A stretch of DNA of 63,979 nucleotides, the filler included, from Chiloscyllium plagiosum (lineage: Eukaryota): assembly GCF_004010195.1 (NCBI RefSeq). It is 4 parts of one record of this genome, joined end to end, with 100 filler letters (N's around TTAATTAATTAA, not from the genome) between each part and the next. Parts side by side here need not be neighbours in the genome. Positions count along the whole stretch, not along the records: positions 29,490 to 39,472 come from NC_057716.1; positions 39,573 to 60,341 come from NC_057716.1; 2 more parts are not named here. The stretch is one strand, 5' to 3'. Under the pieces are notes generated by a model, which was not told the DNA's origin, ran no database searches, and saw nothing but the letters and a program-made list of their open reading frames with translations. The number at the start of each line of letters is the position of its first letter. Within the stretch, counting starts at the first letter, position 1. Made by a program: the position numbers and the translations under genes. Positions 38,301 through 49,936 of the stretch are shown one piece after another.

Positions 38301-38466
38301 AATCTTTGTGACATAACTATTAAACTATCAGCAAGATGGCAACTTAAAAGAAAAAGCAAGAGATGAAAAGGAATAACTGACTTAGTAACTAATTGATTAG
38401 CAATGCTAGTTTTTAAGTTCTATTTAGAAAATAGATCAGAATGACAGCCCCTTCATTTGCTGAGTT

Positions 38467-38579
38467 AAAAATCACGCAACCCCAGGTTATAGTCCAACAG
38501 GTTCAGTACTAGCGCTCTTAATCACCTTCACAACCACATGATGAAGTCCAACCCCAGTCCAACACCGGCACCTCCAATG
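38467..38579. mobile_element. Internally deleted copy of the 35821-36040 family in the putative CXCR 3' UTR
   Basis: aaaaatcac..ccaggttatagtccaacagg...ccagtccaacaccggcacctcca; TSD catttg(c/t)tgagtt at 38454-38466 and 38580-38592. Confidence 0.7.
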
Positions 38580-38650
38580 CATTTGTTGAGTTGAAGATTA
38601 GCCCATCACTCTGCCTGTAGAGGGCTCACTCCTTGGTATGTGCTGCATTG

Positions 38651-38975
38651 TGGGCGGCACGTTGGCACAGTGGTTAGCACTTCTGCCTCACAGCGCCAGA
38701 GACCCGGGTTCAATTCCCGCCTCAGGTGACTGACTGTGTGGAGTTTGCACGTTCTCCCCGTGTCTGCATGGGTTTCCTCCGGGTGCTCCAGTTTCCTCCC
38801 ACAGTCCAAAAATGTGCAGGTTAGGTGAATTGGCCAGGCTAAATTGCCCGTAGTGTTAGATGCCGGGGTAAATGTAGGGGAACGGATATGGGTGGGTTGC
38901 GCTTCGGCAGATCGGTGTGGACTTGTTGGGCTGAAGGGCCTATTTCCACACTGCAAGTAATCTAATCTAATCTAA
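38651..38975 (+). mobile_element. HE1/V-SINE
   Basis: tRNA head (tggcacagtggttagc, ggttcaattcc), V-domain gtgtggagtttgcacgttctcccc, and (taatc)n tail. Confidence 0.9.
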
Positions 38976-39067
38976 TTGTTTCTGTCTCTCCACATGTGTA
39001 TAAAGGGTTTGTACTGAAGCTCTAGCTGAGTTAACAAACAGTTATTAGATGATATTATCACTTAAGA

Positions 39068-39073
39068 AATAAA
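39068..39073 (+). terminator. Candidate polyA signal for CXCR copy 1
   Basis: AATAAA downstream of the stop codon, followed by T/GT-rich sequence. Confidence 0.35.
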
Positions 39074-39207
39074 GATTGAATTCCTTCAGTGTGATTCCTT
39101 GTTTTCTAAGGCTCTCTGGCCATTCTTTGAGATGGTCATCTTTGCATTATTGTTACCATAATGTTCTGCTTTCTGTATCTCTGAGCAAATTCATAATGCT
39201 GACACTT

Positions 39208-39472
39208 TGAAATGTGTTGATGGAAAAGTGCAGCAGGTCAGGAAGCATCCAAGGAGCAGGAGAATCGATGTTTCGGGCATGAGCCCTTCTTCAGGAATGA
39301 GGAAAGTGTGCCAAGTGGGCTAAGATAAAAGGTAGGGAGGAGGGACTGGGGGAAGGGGCGTTGGAAATGCGATAGGTGGAAGGAGGTTAAGGTGAGGGTG
39401 ATAGGCCGGAGAGGGGGTGGGCGCGGAGAGGTCAGGAAGAAGATTGCAGGTTAGGAAGTTGGTGCTGAGTTC
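39208..39472 (-). mobile_element. Penelope-derived pLTR arm with hammerhead motif, running into a gap
   Basis: Reverse complement ctgaagaagggctcatgcccgaaacatc at 39267-39294; homologous to 7145-7378. Confidence 0.75.
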
Positions 39473-39572
39473 NNNNNNNNNNNNNNNNNNNNNNNNNNNN
39501 NNNNNNNNNNNNNNNNTTAATTAATTAANNNNNNNNNNNNNNNNNNNNNNNNNNNNNNNNNNNNNNNNNNNN

Positions 39573-40375
39573 TCCACCACCAGCAACCCATCCTCGCCTC
39601 CCTCCTTCACCACCCAGATCCCATCCTCGCTCCTCTCTTCCACCACCCGGAACCCATCCTTGGCTCCCTCTTCCACCACCAGGAACCCATCCTCGCCCCT
39701 CTCTTCCACCACCCAGAACCCATTTTTGGCTCCCTCTTCCACCACCAGGAACCCATCCTCGCCTCCCTCCTCCACCACCTCGAACCCCTCGTCGCCCCTC
39801 TCCTCTACCACCCGGGACCCATCCTCGGCTCCCTCCTCCACCACCAGGAATCCATTCTTGCCTCCCCCCTCCACCACCTGGTACCCATCCTCGCCTCCCT
39901 CCTCCACCACCCGGAACCCATCCTCGGCTCCCTCCACCTCCAGGAACCCATTCTTGCCTCCCTCCTCCACCACCAGGAACCCATTCTTGCCTCTCCCCTC
40001 CACCACCTGGAACCCATCCTCGCCTCCCTCCTCCACCACCCGGAACCCATCCTCGGCTCCCTCCTCCACCACCAGGAACCCATCCTCACCCCTCTCCTCC
40101 ACCACGAGGAACCCATCATAATTTTCTGTTTCGATGTGACAATCCTGAAACTGTAACAAACAAAGGGACGTCAGAAACATAAAGCCATGAACGCCTCCCT
40201 CCTCCACCACCCGGAGCCCATCCTTGCCTCTCTCCTCCACCACCAGGAACCCATCCTCACCCCTCTCCTCCACCACCCGGAACCCATCCTTGCCTCTTCC
40301 TCCACCTTCAGGAACCCATTCTCGCCTCCCTCCTCCACCACCCGGAACCCCTTTCCGGCACTCTCCTCCACCGCA
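39573..40375. repeat. 33-bp pyrimidine-rich minisatellite (ccaccaccaggaacccatcctcgcctccctcct)
   Basis: About 20 tandem units, giving the repetitive ORFs PSSTTRN and VVEEGG. Confidence 0.92.
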
Positions 40376-40379
40376 GTCA

Positions 40380-40690
40380 TGGAAGATGAGGAGTTGTCCC
40401 TCCGATTTGCACTGTGGTTTGTTTTGGCAATGGAGGAGGCCAAAGATGGTCACGTTAGAAAGGGAGTGGGAAGGGGAATTAAAGTGGGTGGTGACTGGGA
40501 GGTCCGATCAGCCACTATGGGCCCGGCTGTGATGCTCGGTGAACCATTCCCTAAGTTAACGTTCGGTCTCCCTGATGTAGAGAAGTCCACATTGGGAGCA
40601 CCTGATGCAGTAAACTAGGTTAGAAGACAGGCTGGTGAACCTCTGTCTCACCTGGAAGGACTGTTTGGGGCTCTGGATGGAGGTGAGGGG
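40380..40690 (-). mobile_element. Penelope-like GIY-YIG endonuclease fragment
   Basis: Minus strand reads VYCIRCSQCGLLYIRETER*LREWFTEH. Confidence 0.75.
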
Positions 40691-40966
40691 GGCGCCTTTA
40701 GTATTCTCTGTGTGTGCCTAGTTGCAAAGTTTAAAAAAAATCATAAGTTGGCTTTATTCTGAGTCTTTAGTTACAGCTACTGTTTGCTTTCACGAAGAGA
40801 CTTTAGACAAATCAAACAACCTGTTTGACAATTATGCTGAACATGTTGAAGTTGACGATGGTCTAAACATATTTTCCTATACTTCCACAGGAAACAAATC
40901 AAACAACATAACATTGGCTATTATCTATAGATTGTTCTCACTCCGTGATATTCTTTCTTTCAGAAA

Positions 40967-41947
40967 ATGGACAACCTGAAGTTTGAAATTGGCGATTTTG
41001 ACTTTGGTGATTTATTCGAAAATTATACAATTTCCTATGGTCCCAGTATTGATTCAGACACGTCGCCCTGTACTTCTGTCGTGAATGAGTCAATCAACAC
41101 AGCTCTGGCTGTTATCTATAGCCTGGTGTGCTTCCTCGCTGTGACAGGGAATATTATTGTAATGATTGTCCTACTTTATAATCGACGGACCATCTCATCC
41201 ACAGACATCTACCTGCTTCATCTGGCAGTGGCTGATTTGCTCTTTGCCGTGACCTTGCCTTTTTGGGCAGTGGATGCCGTATCCGGCTGGGTGTTTGGTG
41301 ATGCCATGTGTAAAATTATCAGCATGTTACAGAAAGTTAACTTCTACAGCGGCTTTTTGTTTCTGGCTTGTATCAGTATTGATCACTATTTGGCAACTAT
41401 CTACTCCAAACAGACATACAGATGGAACAGACCATTTCTGGCCTGTATTGCTGTTTGGTTGCTGGCCATTCTTCTGTCTATACCAGTTCTACACAAGGGC
41501 GAGTATACTCTACCTAATTCCAATAGAAAGGTTTGTTATATACTCGATGGTAAATTGACAGAAACATGGAAAATGAATATCAGGTTTTTGCATCATTTTA
41601 TCGACTTTCTCATCGCACTCGTTGTCATAATTTTCTGTTTCGATGTTTCAATCCTGAAACTGTATCAAACAAAGGGACGTCAGAAACATAAAGCCATGAA
41701 CGTCATCACAGTGGTGGTGCTGGCTTTTGTAATTTGTTGGCTACCGTACAATGTTACTATGTTCATTGACATACTGATGAGGACCAAACTCATTGCTGAA
41801 ACTTGTGAGAAGCGTAATCATATTGATAGGGCTCTGGTTGGAAATCAAAGTTTAGGATTTCTGCACAGCTGTGTTAATCCATTTATATATGCATTCCTTT
41901 GGGTGAAATTCAGAAAGAACCTTATCAATCTCTTAGCTATGAAGTGA
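40967..41947 (+). CDS. CXCR1/CXCR2: Second CXCR1/2-like receptor, 326 aa, with DHY motif and truncated C-tail (atypical receptor or incipient pseudogene)
   Basis: Intact seven-TM ORF paralogous to 37239-38300, with the same upstream acceptor. ISIDHYLATI. Stop TGA aligns with GGA of copy 1. AATAAA at 42055 and 42087. Confidence 0.8.
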   Translation: MDNLKFEIGDFDFGDLFENYTISYGPSIDSDTSPCTSVVNESINTALAVIYSLVCFLAVTGNIIVMIVLLYNRRTISSTDIYLLHLAVADLLFAVTLPFWAVDAVSGWVFGDAMCKIISMLQKVNFYSGFLFLACISIDHYLATIYSKQTYRWNRPFLACIAVWLLAILLSIPVLHKGEYTLPNSNRKVCYILDGKLTETWKMNIRFLHHFIDFLIALVVIIFCFDVSILKLYQTKGRQKHKAMNVITVVVLAFVICWLPYNVTMFIDILMRTKLIAETCEKRNHIDRALVGNQSLGFLHSCVNPFIYAFLWVKFRKNLINLLAMK

Positions 41948-43094
41948 ACTGTATAATTCATTGAAGAGCCACAGAATGAGAGATCAGTCTTCTGCTTCTC
42001 CACTTCAATTAATCAGTAAACTGACAACTGAGCTATTTAAAAATTAAATGTTTGAATAAAAGTGCTGTGTTGGGTTTTTGAGTATGAATAAAGTAAACAA
42101 GCTGTTTCTTGGATGGTTTGTTGTAATCCAATTCACAATGGTCAGAAATAAGGTTTGAGGTTTTCCAATACAAGTGGTTTGCGACCATTATCGTTCCAAT
42201 CTCCTCTGCACTGTCAGCTTAATCTTCTGATTAATTACTTTCTACTTGTGATTATTCAGTGTCAGACTGTTCTCAAGGATCTGCTTTCTCTCCACAGATT
42301 TTGAGGAGAAAGTGAGGTCTGCAGATGCTNNNNNNNNNNNNNNNNNNNNNNNNNNNNNNNNNNNNNNNNNNNNNNNNNNNNNNNNNNNNNNNNNNNNNNN
42401 NNNNNNNNNNNNNNNNNNNNNNNNNNNNNNNNNNNNNNNNNNNNNNNNNNNNNNNNNNNNNNNNNNNNNNNNNNNNNNNNNNNNNNNNNNNNNNNNNNNN
42501 NNNNNNNNNNNNNNNNNNNNNNNNNNNNNNNNNNNNNNNNNNNNNNNNNNNNNNNNNNNNNNNNNNNNNNNNNNNNNNNNNNNNNNNNNNNNNNNNNNNN
42601 NNNNNNNNNNNNNNNNNNNNNNNNNNNNNNNNNNNNNNNNNNNNNNNNNNNNNNNNNNNNNNNNNNNNNNNNNNNNNNNNNNNNNNNNNNNNNNNNNNNN
42701 NNNNNNNNNNNNNNNNNNNNNNNNNNNNNNNNNNNNNNNNNNNNNNNNNNNNNNNNNNNNNNNNNNNNNNNNNNNNNNNNNNNNNNNNNNNNNNNNNNNN
42801 NNNNNNNNNNNNNNNNNNNNNNNNNNNNNGATTAGGAACGGTTTAGAGGAATTCTGGCAGATCGATAGCAAATGTCGCTGTATTAGTTTGGGTTATCTGG
42901 TTGGTATGGACAAATTGGACTGAAATGACGTTTTCCGTGGTGTAAATTTCTGAGATGTTACGAACCTAGGATGGGGAGTTTCAAGACTAGCAGGGACATT
43001 CTTACAGTGAGAAGGCAGAGATATAAAGAAGGCATGACAAGTAAACGTTTTGCACAAAACGTGGTATGCATGTAGAATAAACATCGTGAGGAAG

Positions 43095-43995
43095 TAGAGT
43101 CATAGACATGTACAGCATGGAAACAGACCCTACGGTCCAACCCGTCCATGCTGACTAGATATCCCAACCCCATCTAGTCCCACCTGCTTGCACCCGGCCC
43201 AGAGTCCTCCAAACCCTTCCTATTCATATAACCATCCAAATGCGTTCTTTAAATATTGCAATTGTACCAGCCTCCACCACATCCTCTGGCAGCTCATTCC
43301 ACAAATGTACCACCCTCTGCGTGAAAATGTTGCCCCTTAGGTCTCTTTTATATCTTTCCCCTCTCACCCTAAACCTATGCCCTCCAGTTCTGGACTCCCC
43401 GACCCCAGGAAAAAGTCTTTGTCCATTTATCCTATCCATTCCCCTCATAATTTTGTAAACTTCTATAAGGTCACCCCTCAGCCTCCGACGCTCCAGGGAA
43501 AACAGCCCCCCTGTTCAATCCCTCTCTGTAGCTCAGATCCTCATACCCTGGCAACATCCTTGGATATCTTTTTTGAACCCCTTCAAGGTTCATAACATCT
43601 TTCCGATAGAAAAGAGACCAGAATTGCACGCAATGTTCCAACAGTGGCCTAACCAATGTCCTGTACAGCCGCAGCATGACCTCCCAGCTCCTGTATTAAA
43701 TACTCTGACCAATAAAGGAAAGCATACCAAACGCCTTCTTCACTAACCTGTCTACCTGCAACTCCACTTTCAAGGAGCTATGAACCTGTACTCCAAGGTC
43801 TCTTTGTTCATCCACACTCCCTCGGACCTTACCATTAAGTGTATAAATCCTGCTAAGATTTGCTTTCTCAAAATGCAGCACCTCGCATTTTTCTGAATTA
43901 AACTCCATCTGCCACTTCTCAGCCCACTGCTCCATCTGGTCCAGATCCTGTTGTAATCTGAGGTAACGCTCTTCGTTGTCCACTACACTTCCAAT
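43095..43995 (-). mobile_element. CR1 LINE 3' portion
   Basis: LQQDLDQMEQWAEKWQMEFN and FTQRVVHLWNELP. Confidence 0.9.
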
Positions 43996-46900
43996 TAGTG
44001 TATGTGGGTACAATTACAATTTTTAAAGACGTCACGATACATACATGAATAGGGAAGATAAGAAGAAACATGAAACAGGGGCAGGCACGTCGGACTACTT
44101 TGCTTTGGGATTCTGTTCAGCATGGACTAGTTGGACCAAATGGTCAGGGTGCAAGCTCTATGCCGCTGTGATTCTTTGACCGTGGCACAAATTCTTTGTA
44201 CTGCTTCCTCCATTGCAGCTTTAATTATACATTTACTTGTAAGTGTTGAGTTCCAAAATGGAGATCCTGCACAGATTCACAAAGATCACACACAGTGATA
44301 AATCACTTCTCTTATCAGATCGTGTCATCTTGAAATGTCTGAAGTTTTATCAGGAACAGAGTTTCTTTTTAAATTTGAGGTTTCATAATCATCAAAGTGA
44401 TGCAGTGGTGTATTGCGTGAACAACTGATCTGACTGAGTGTGCAGAAACCAGTCTGATGGTGATGAAAATGAAAATATGCTGTGTACCTGACATAGTATC
44501 GTGTGACGATCAAATAACTGTATCAGAGAGGCAAGGAACATTTGAACAGGAATACATGCTACAAGTAAGCAATTGTCTGGAAAATTGCAATTAATGTCCG
44601 TTACGGCAGAGAAATTATACATAAATTTCGTTGAATTTTTAGTATAGGATAAAATTAATTGTTCCTGCAGGCGCATTGTATACATGCTCTGTCCAAGTAA
44701 AACAGCGGTCAGATACAAAGCAAGATCTCTGAACGTTCCCCGGTAAAACAATCCATGTCAGGTTACAGAGGAAAACTCCACCTGCACTATCGGTCTCAAG
44801 CATCCCCAGGAAAGGTACAGCACATGGTTAGATAAAATTTCAGATTCTTTTGCTTTGGAGTACCAATCATTCGCAAGGTAAGCGCTTGCTCTAAACTTTT
44901 CAAATGGCAAGGAGTGTGTCTTTATGATGCAAAATGAGTTCTGTGCGGTGTCATCAAAGGCACTGCAGTGCAGGAACAAGAAAGAAGGAGATATTTTGAG
45001 ACGAAATAGTAAAGTGTTCAACACGTTAAAACTGGTCAGAAACTTCTGAATATGCTCAGACACTTGCACCCATAAGAAGTGGTCACCCGGCGAAATATGG
45101 GATTCAGAGAACCTCAATGTCCAGGAGAGAAACATAACTGCAGGAAATGTCATAGTCTGCATAAACTGGATCTCTCCTTTCTGGAACAAGAGTGACTGTG
45201 TCCCATGCTGGATAGGAAGATTAGTGAAATAACATATTTGTGTAGGTGTTCAAAACATAGCTTAGGGGTGTGCGTGCAAAGTGCAAATGCGTGATAATCT
45301 AGTAGTTTACTGAGCGTATCTAGATTTCCTACTTTTGAAACTTGCGGTGGAGAGGATTCATCGGAGGAATGCAGACACAGACACATCAGAGACAGCAGGA
45401 AACGAGTTATCTGAATAGAAAGAGAGGGAGAAGAGTGGGCATGCAGTATTGGCATTATGTGCTTTCATTAGAGGAACACGCTGCAGTTTCTACACTTATA
45501 AACATATCCTCCGCGTGCTCTGTTAACAGCCCTGCCGCAAGGGTTAAGAATATCACAGAACAGCCGCAGGAAATTCTGCTGGAGCAGAATCAAACGGCAG
45601 AGGTAATGCCCATGCTCCTCGCAATGATCACGATCGGATGCTGGGGATGTTATTAATAAGCGAAAATTTGAGACAGCTCGCAACAAGGTTGAAACGCAGA
45701 AACTGTAACAGAGTGAACTCAGATTTACTGACAGTCCAACGTGATCGTGATGATCGGAACAAGCATTGAGTCATTGAAATGTGGGTAGAAATCGTACTTG
45801 TGAGGCAGGCAGCATTGTTCTGAGGCAGTGGAACCAGCTCTAGAGCAGTTTGGACCTCAACAAGATGGAAAGATTACATCTTGACAGGACTACAGTGAAC
45901 ATTGTCACAAATAGGTTTTGGACTGCTGTTGGGAAGTTAATAAATTAGATTGGAAATGGCCTGGGAATGTTAGAAAGATCTTGGCTTCAAGAGAAGGCTG
46001 CATTCATATTTTGTCCTTCCCCTAATCAGTTTTCGGTTCTTCCTTTACTGGTTACTGAATTGCCCCCAACCCTCAGACTTGCCTTTCCTTCTGGCACGAC
46101 GAGATACCATTTCATTTGATGTATTGCAATGCAATGTGTAACTTTTTAACCATCACAGCAGCTGGTAACATTTACAGCAACTAGTAACATTTGCAGCATA
46201 ATATAACATGAAACACTATGATAGAGCATTTAGAAAACAAGATTTACGAAAAAAGGAAAGAAGTGAATCGACAACATGAAATTTTTAAATACGTGAGTAA
46301 CAAATTGAAAACGAAAATTTGCAGGACAATATGCCGCATGTCACGAAGGTCATTGGGTGATCAGGAAATGGAATTTTCTGGGAAAACGAACCAGGAGGGT
46401 GGAAGGAACTTAAACAATGTAAATGCATGGAGTTTCCAATCTGGTGTCTGGCCGATGAGACAGTGGAATACCAGGCTTCAGAGGTAACAATGGAATGAAT
46501 GACTATCTCACCAATTAAAAGCTGAGGCGCGGATGTGTTTAGCAGCTGTGTTGCGGATGGAAACAGTAATTGCTGGTGATGATGCAAGTGTCTTTTTAAT
46601 TTATGTCAGCTTGAAATATGAAGTCACAAGCAAACAGGATTTATTCAGAATCAGTTCATGCTGAATCGATGGAGTTAATGAGAGACACAGAACGTTTTTG
46701 TGGAAAACCTGAGGATTTTGGCTCATCGAAACCCAGGCCAAGCTTCGGGTTCCTTCTGTTACGGAGCCCTTTGAATGGGCCTCGGATTCCCTCATCAATA
46801 AGCAGCTGTTTCATGGATAGAAATGAATATCTAAAACGAGTGATACCGTTAGGTTAGGGAAGCAAAATAGGAACAAACGGATCACAGTATTGCAGAGAAA

Positions 46901-47388
46901 GCATTTCAAATCAAAAGACAGACTATTTTTACAGAATGCTATTTAATTTATTTAAGCAATATCTTTTCTTTTAACTTGTGTCAGATGTGTGGATCAGTGA
47001 ATTCAGTGAGGAAGAGTAGACAGGAGACTGTCGTTGCGTTTCCCACTCTGGCGTGCTGTGATCAATTATACTTGCCTCCAGGTCATTTATGTTTGGATCT
47101 GATTCACTCACTGAGAATGGATTGCTGGGGACAAATTGATATTTTGGTATGCCTGATACGTCTTGTGGTTATGCTTTTGTGGTTCGGATATCGACTAAGG
47201 GTTGTTCATTGCAAACAATATTTTGCTCTGACTTTACTCCCTCAATCTCTTTCGTTTTGCTCCTCAGGTGGAGTCATTCGCAGCCTGTTAGGAAAGGAAT
47301 GACACCATGTTGAGACTCTCTTTCTCATTTCGATTCCTTCCGCACGTGGCCTCCTCATTCTATTACCTACTGTATGTAATGTTGGATC

Positions 47389-48275
47389 TCAGTTAGATTT
47401 ATTCATCCATTGAATTATTTTCCTAACTGGGTATTTCACGACATACTTTAACTGGGCTCTGAACTTATTCTGTGTCACCACATAAATAAATGCATTTGTG
47501 CAGCAATTGAGGTTCCGCAACATATATGCGAATTGTTCAAAGAGATAAAAAGCAGCAGAATCTAAGGAATAACCGGCTTGAAATAAATATGGAATATACA
47601 CCAACCAGAGAAGTATGAAGCTGGCGGATATGGCAAAGAGTAAAGCCACGGAATTCCGTGGCTCTCTATCTCTGAGTCATTCTCTGTCTTTCTCTGACCC
47701 CACAGTCTCTTACGAACCTCAACAGTCTCAAAGATATGTCTCACTGTCAGAACGTTGAGAAAAAGAACGAAAGTGAATGGGGGAAATGGTGTTAGAAATT
47801 GTGCAAAATATTTAAAGCTTGCTCACCGACGGTCTTTAAAATAACTGGACTTGGTATAACAGTACCATGAAATATTGTTGCTGACATTTCCAGGTCTAAA
47901 TTGAAAGTAGAAAGGAATGTTCTTTAAAGAAAAGAAAATGCAGATCGTAGCTAGAAGGCTCATTGCAGTTTTCTCTGTGCAATACTTAATTTTCATCTGA
48001 TGAAAACAAATGGCGACCAATCGATCAAAAGTAAAAGCAGCAGTGAACCAGACAGAACAGTCAATGGTCAAACCACTCAGGACATGGATGAAACTGCAAA
48101 CAGGAGTGATGTCCAGGAAACACTTTGGATAATAATAGGAACGAAATCGGTAAAGTACTGTATCAAAAACAATGAAGAGGAGATCACACGTTGCCATGGC
48201 CACCAGATAGCGAGTGGTGCATTTGGATAGATCACAGTTGCGCCAAGTCAGCACTGCAATCACCAAGACACTAAC
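47389..48275 (-). pseudogene. GPR139-like orphan GPCR pseudogene (main coding exon)
   Basis: CDLSKCTTRYLVAMATCDLL, DCSVWFTAAFTFDRLVAIC, KYCTEKTA, LNVLTVRHI and LNCCTNAFIYVVTQNKFR. In-frame stop at about 47823 and frameshift at about 47655. Acceptor ttcttacag at about 48276. Confidence 0.82.
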
Positions 48276-48639
48276 TGTAAGAATGAGAAAAGGGAAAAAA
48301 AAACGGAACTTAAAGTTACTGATAAAAAATTGTCCGCGCCTGAGCTCAGTCCGTAAGAGATTTTTGCACAAAGGTAATTTTTATTCCATATCACCTGAAG
48401 TTTAATGAGTCTGAACTCTTGAAATAATAATGATTTCTCTGGAGATCTGTAGGTCATCTTGTGGTGCAGGTTCTAAGTTTCCTCAGTGAGATGGAAAATA
48501 TATTCACACATGTTTTGTCGCCATGGTTCGTAACAACAACAGTGAGCTTCCGATGAAGTGCCAGTGTTCTGTCCCGCTTTCTGCTTATATACAAAATGCA
48601 CTGCATGGACTGCAACAAATACTGCATAAAACCGACTGG

Positions 48640-49040
48640 CATTTAACTAACCACCAGGATACACCAGGACCAATTAGACACCAAAAGATATGAACAACTC
48701 TCACCGGTATTCTTATACAGAGATGATGAGTGGCACCATTTCGACATGGAGAGTATATCCATCCTGGGACAGGCTAACCTCGACATTCATGGGAATTTCT
48801 AGATGCGTGGCATTGAAACCAGAACTCCATCAAGAAACAAATCGATTGGACCCCACTTACCAAACAATCTGAAAAAGAACTAGAATTGATATCACCCACC
48901 ACCACAGACAAAGAAACATAAATAGTAAACGGGATAGAAAACCAACGCTCCAACAGAGGCTCACTTATGGTATTAACTGGCAGGGTGCGACGAAACGTCT
49001 GAGAATAAACCTATCAAATCAGCGAACAAGCTTTCATTCT
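48640..49040 (+). mobile_element. Degenerate Penelope-like GIY-YIG 3' end and pLTR
   Basis: Homologous to 1080-1520; gacgaaacgtctgag near 48990. Confidence 0.6.
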
Positions 49041-49936
49041 GAAATGATTCCTTGCCACTTTGAAAAGGCATAGAGAAAGATATGGTCTCGTATTTTGTGA
49101 TTTATTGATGTAGGCAGTGTTTGATTTCTTCTGCTTTATTGATTAGTCTGACTGGCTGGATATTTCCATAAAACCATAACATGCACAAATAGACACCCGC
49201 AATCATTCAAAACATGAATAGGAAACACCAAATTCTAACATGGTTTGCAAAATTCTTGCATTTGGTTTTGGAGCCATCATAGTTGAGATTACGTCTAGAA
49301 TTGTACATCCACACTATATAAACGACAGTATAGATCACTGAACCACTCTGCACTGCCCAGGAATGGATGGCCTCCATGATATAAACAAACCCGTGAAAAC
49401 CCGCATTTGAACATCCTGACAACCTGAACGATGTTGATTTTCAGCATATCACGCTGAAAAGCCAATCACGACGTCACAGGTTGGATACCCAACACAATCA
49501 GACGAACTTGGCTATTTGGCATGGACTCCCGCAACCCGTCCAATTCGGTACACCAAACCTCCCACACAAATAAAACCTGATTGCATGCAATGGTCATTGC
49601 AATGCTCTGGTTTGGGAAAAAAGAGACTTTATCTTGTCTGAAGCAAAGCGTCCTGCATCATGTCAGATGTCCTGCACCTGTGCTCCTCTTCTGGGCCCTT
49701 TTCTTGTAAACAGAGATCCTTATCTCATATTCAGAGCGCACTTTGTTTCAAAGATACTCCATCGTTTATCCAGCATTCTCCATAGAGATCAGCAGAATTA
49801 TTTTACAGCCTTTTTTACGAGAACCAAACATTGTACAAACTGATTGGCAACAGAGATTGACTCTCTGGATTATGGCCAATGCTAAAGATTGGGGAGATGA
49901 TGGTCTAATGACGTTATCACTACACTGTTAACACAG

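Noticed and set aside
38651..38725. tRNA-like sequences (also 62236-62305)
   Set aside because: Heads of HE1/V-SINEs continuing into a V-domain and tail; not tRNA genes.
39521..40453. 310-aa acidic or mucin-like repetitive ORFs
   Set aside because: The 33-bp repeat keeps frames open; chimeric with a PLE fragment and a CXCR patch.
44100..47300. Short ORFs of 60-143 aa in unassigned sequence
   Set aside because: No recognisable domains or consistent exon structure; left unannotated.
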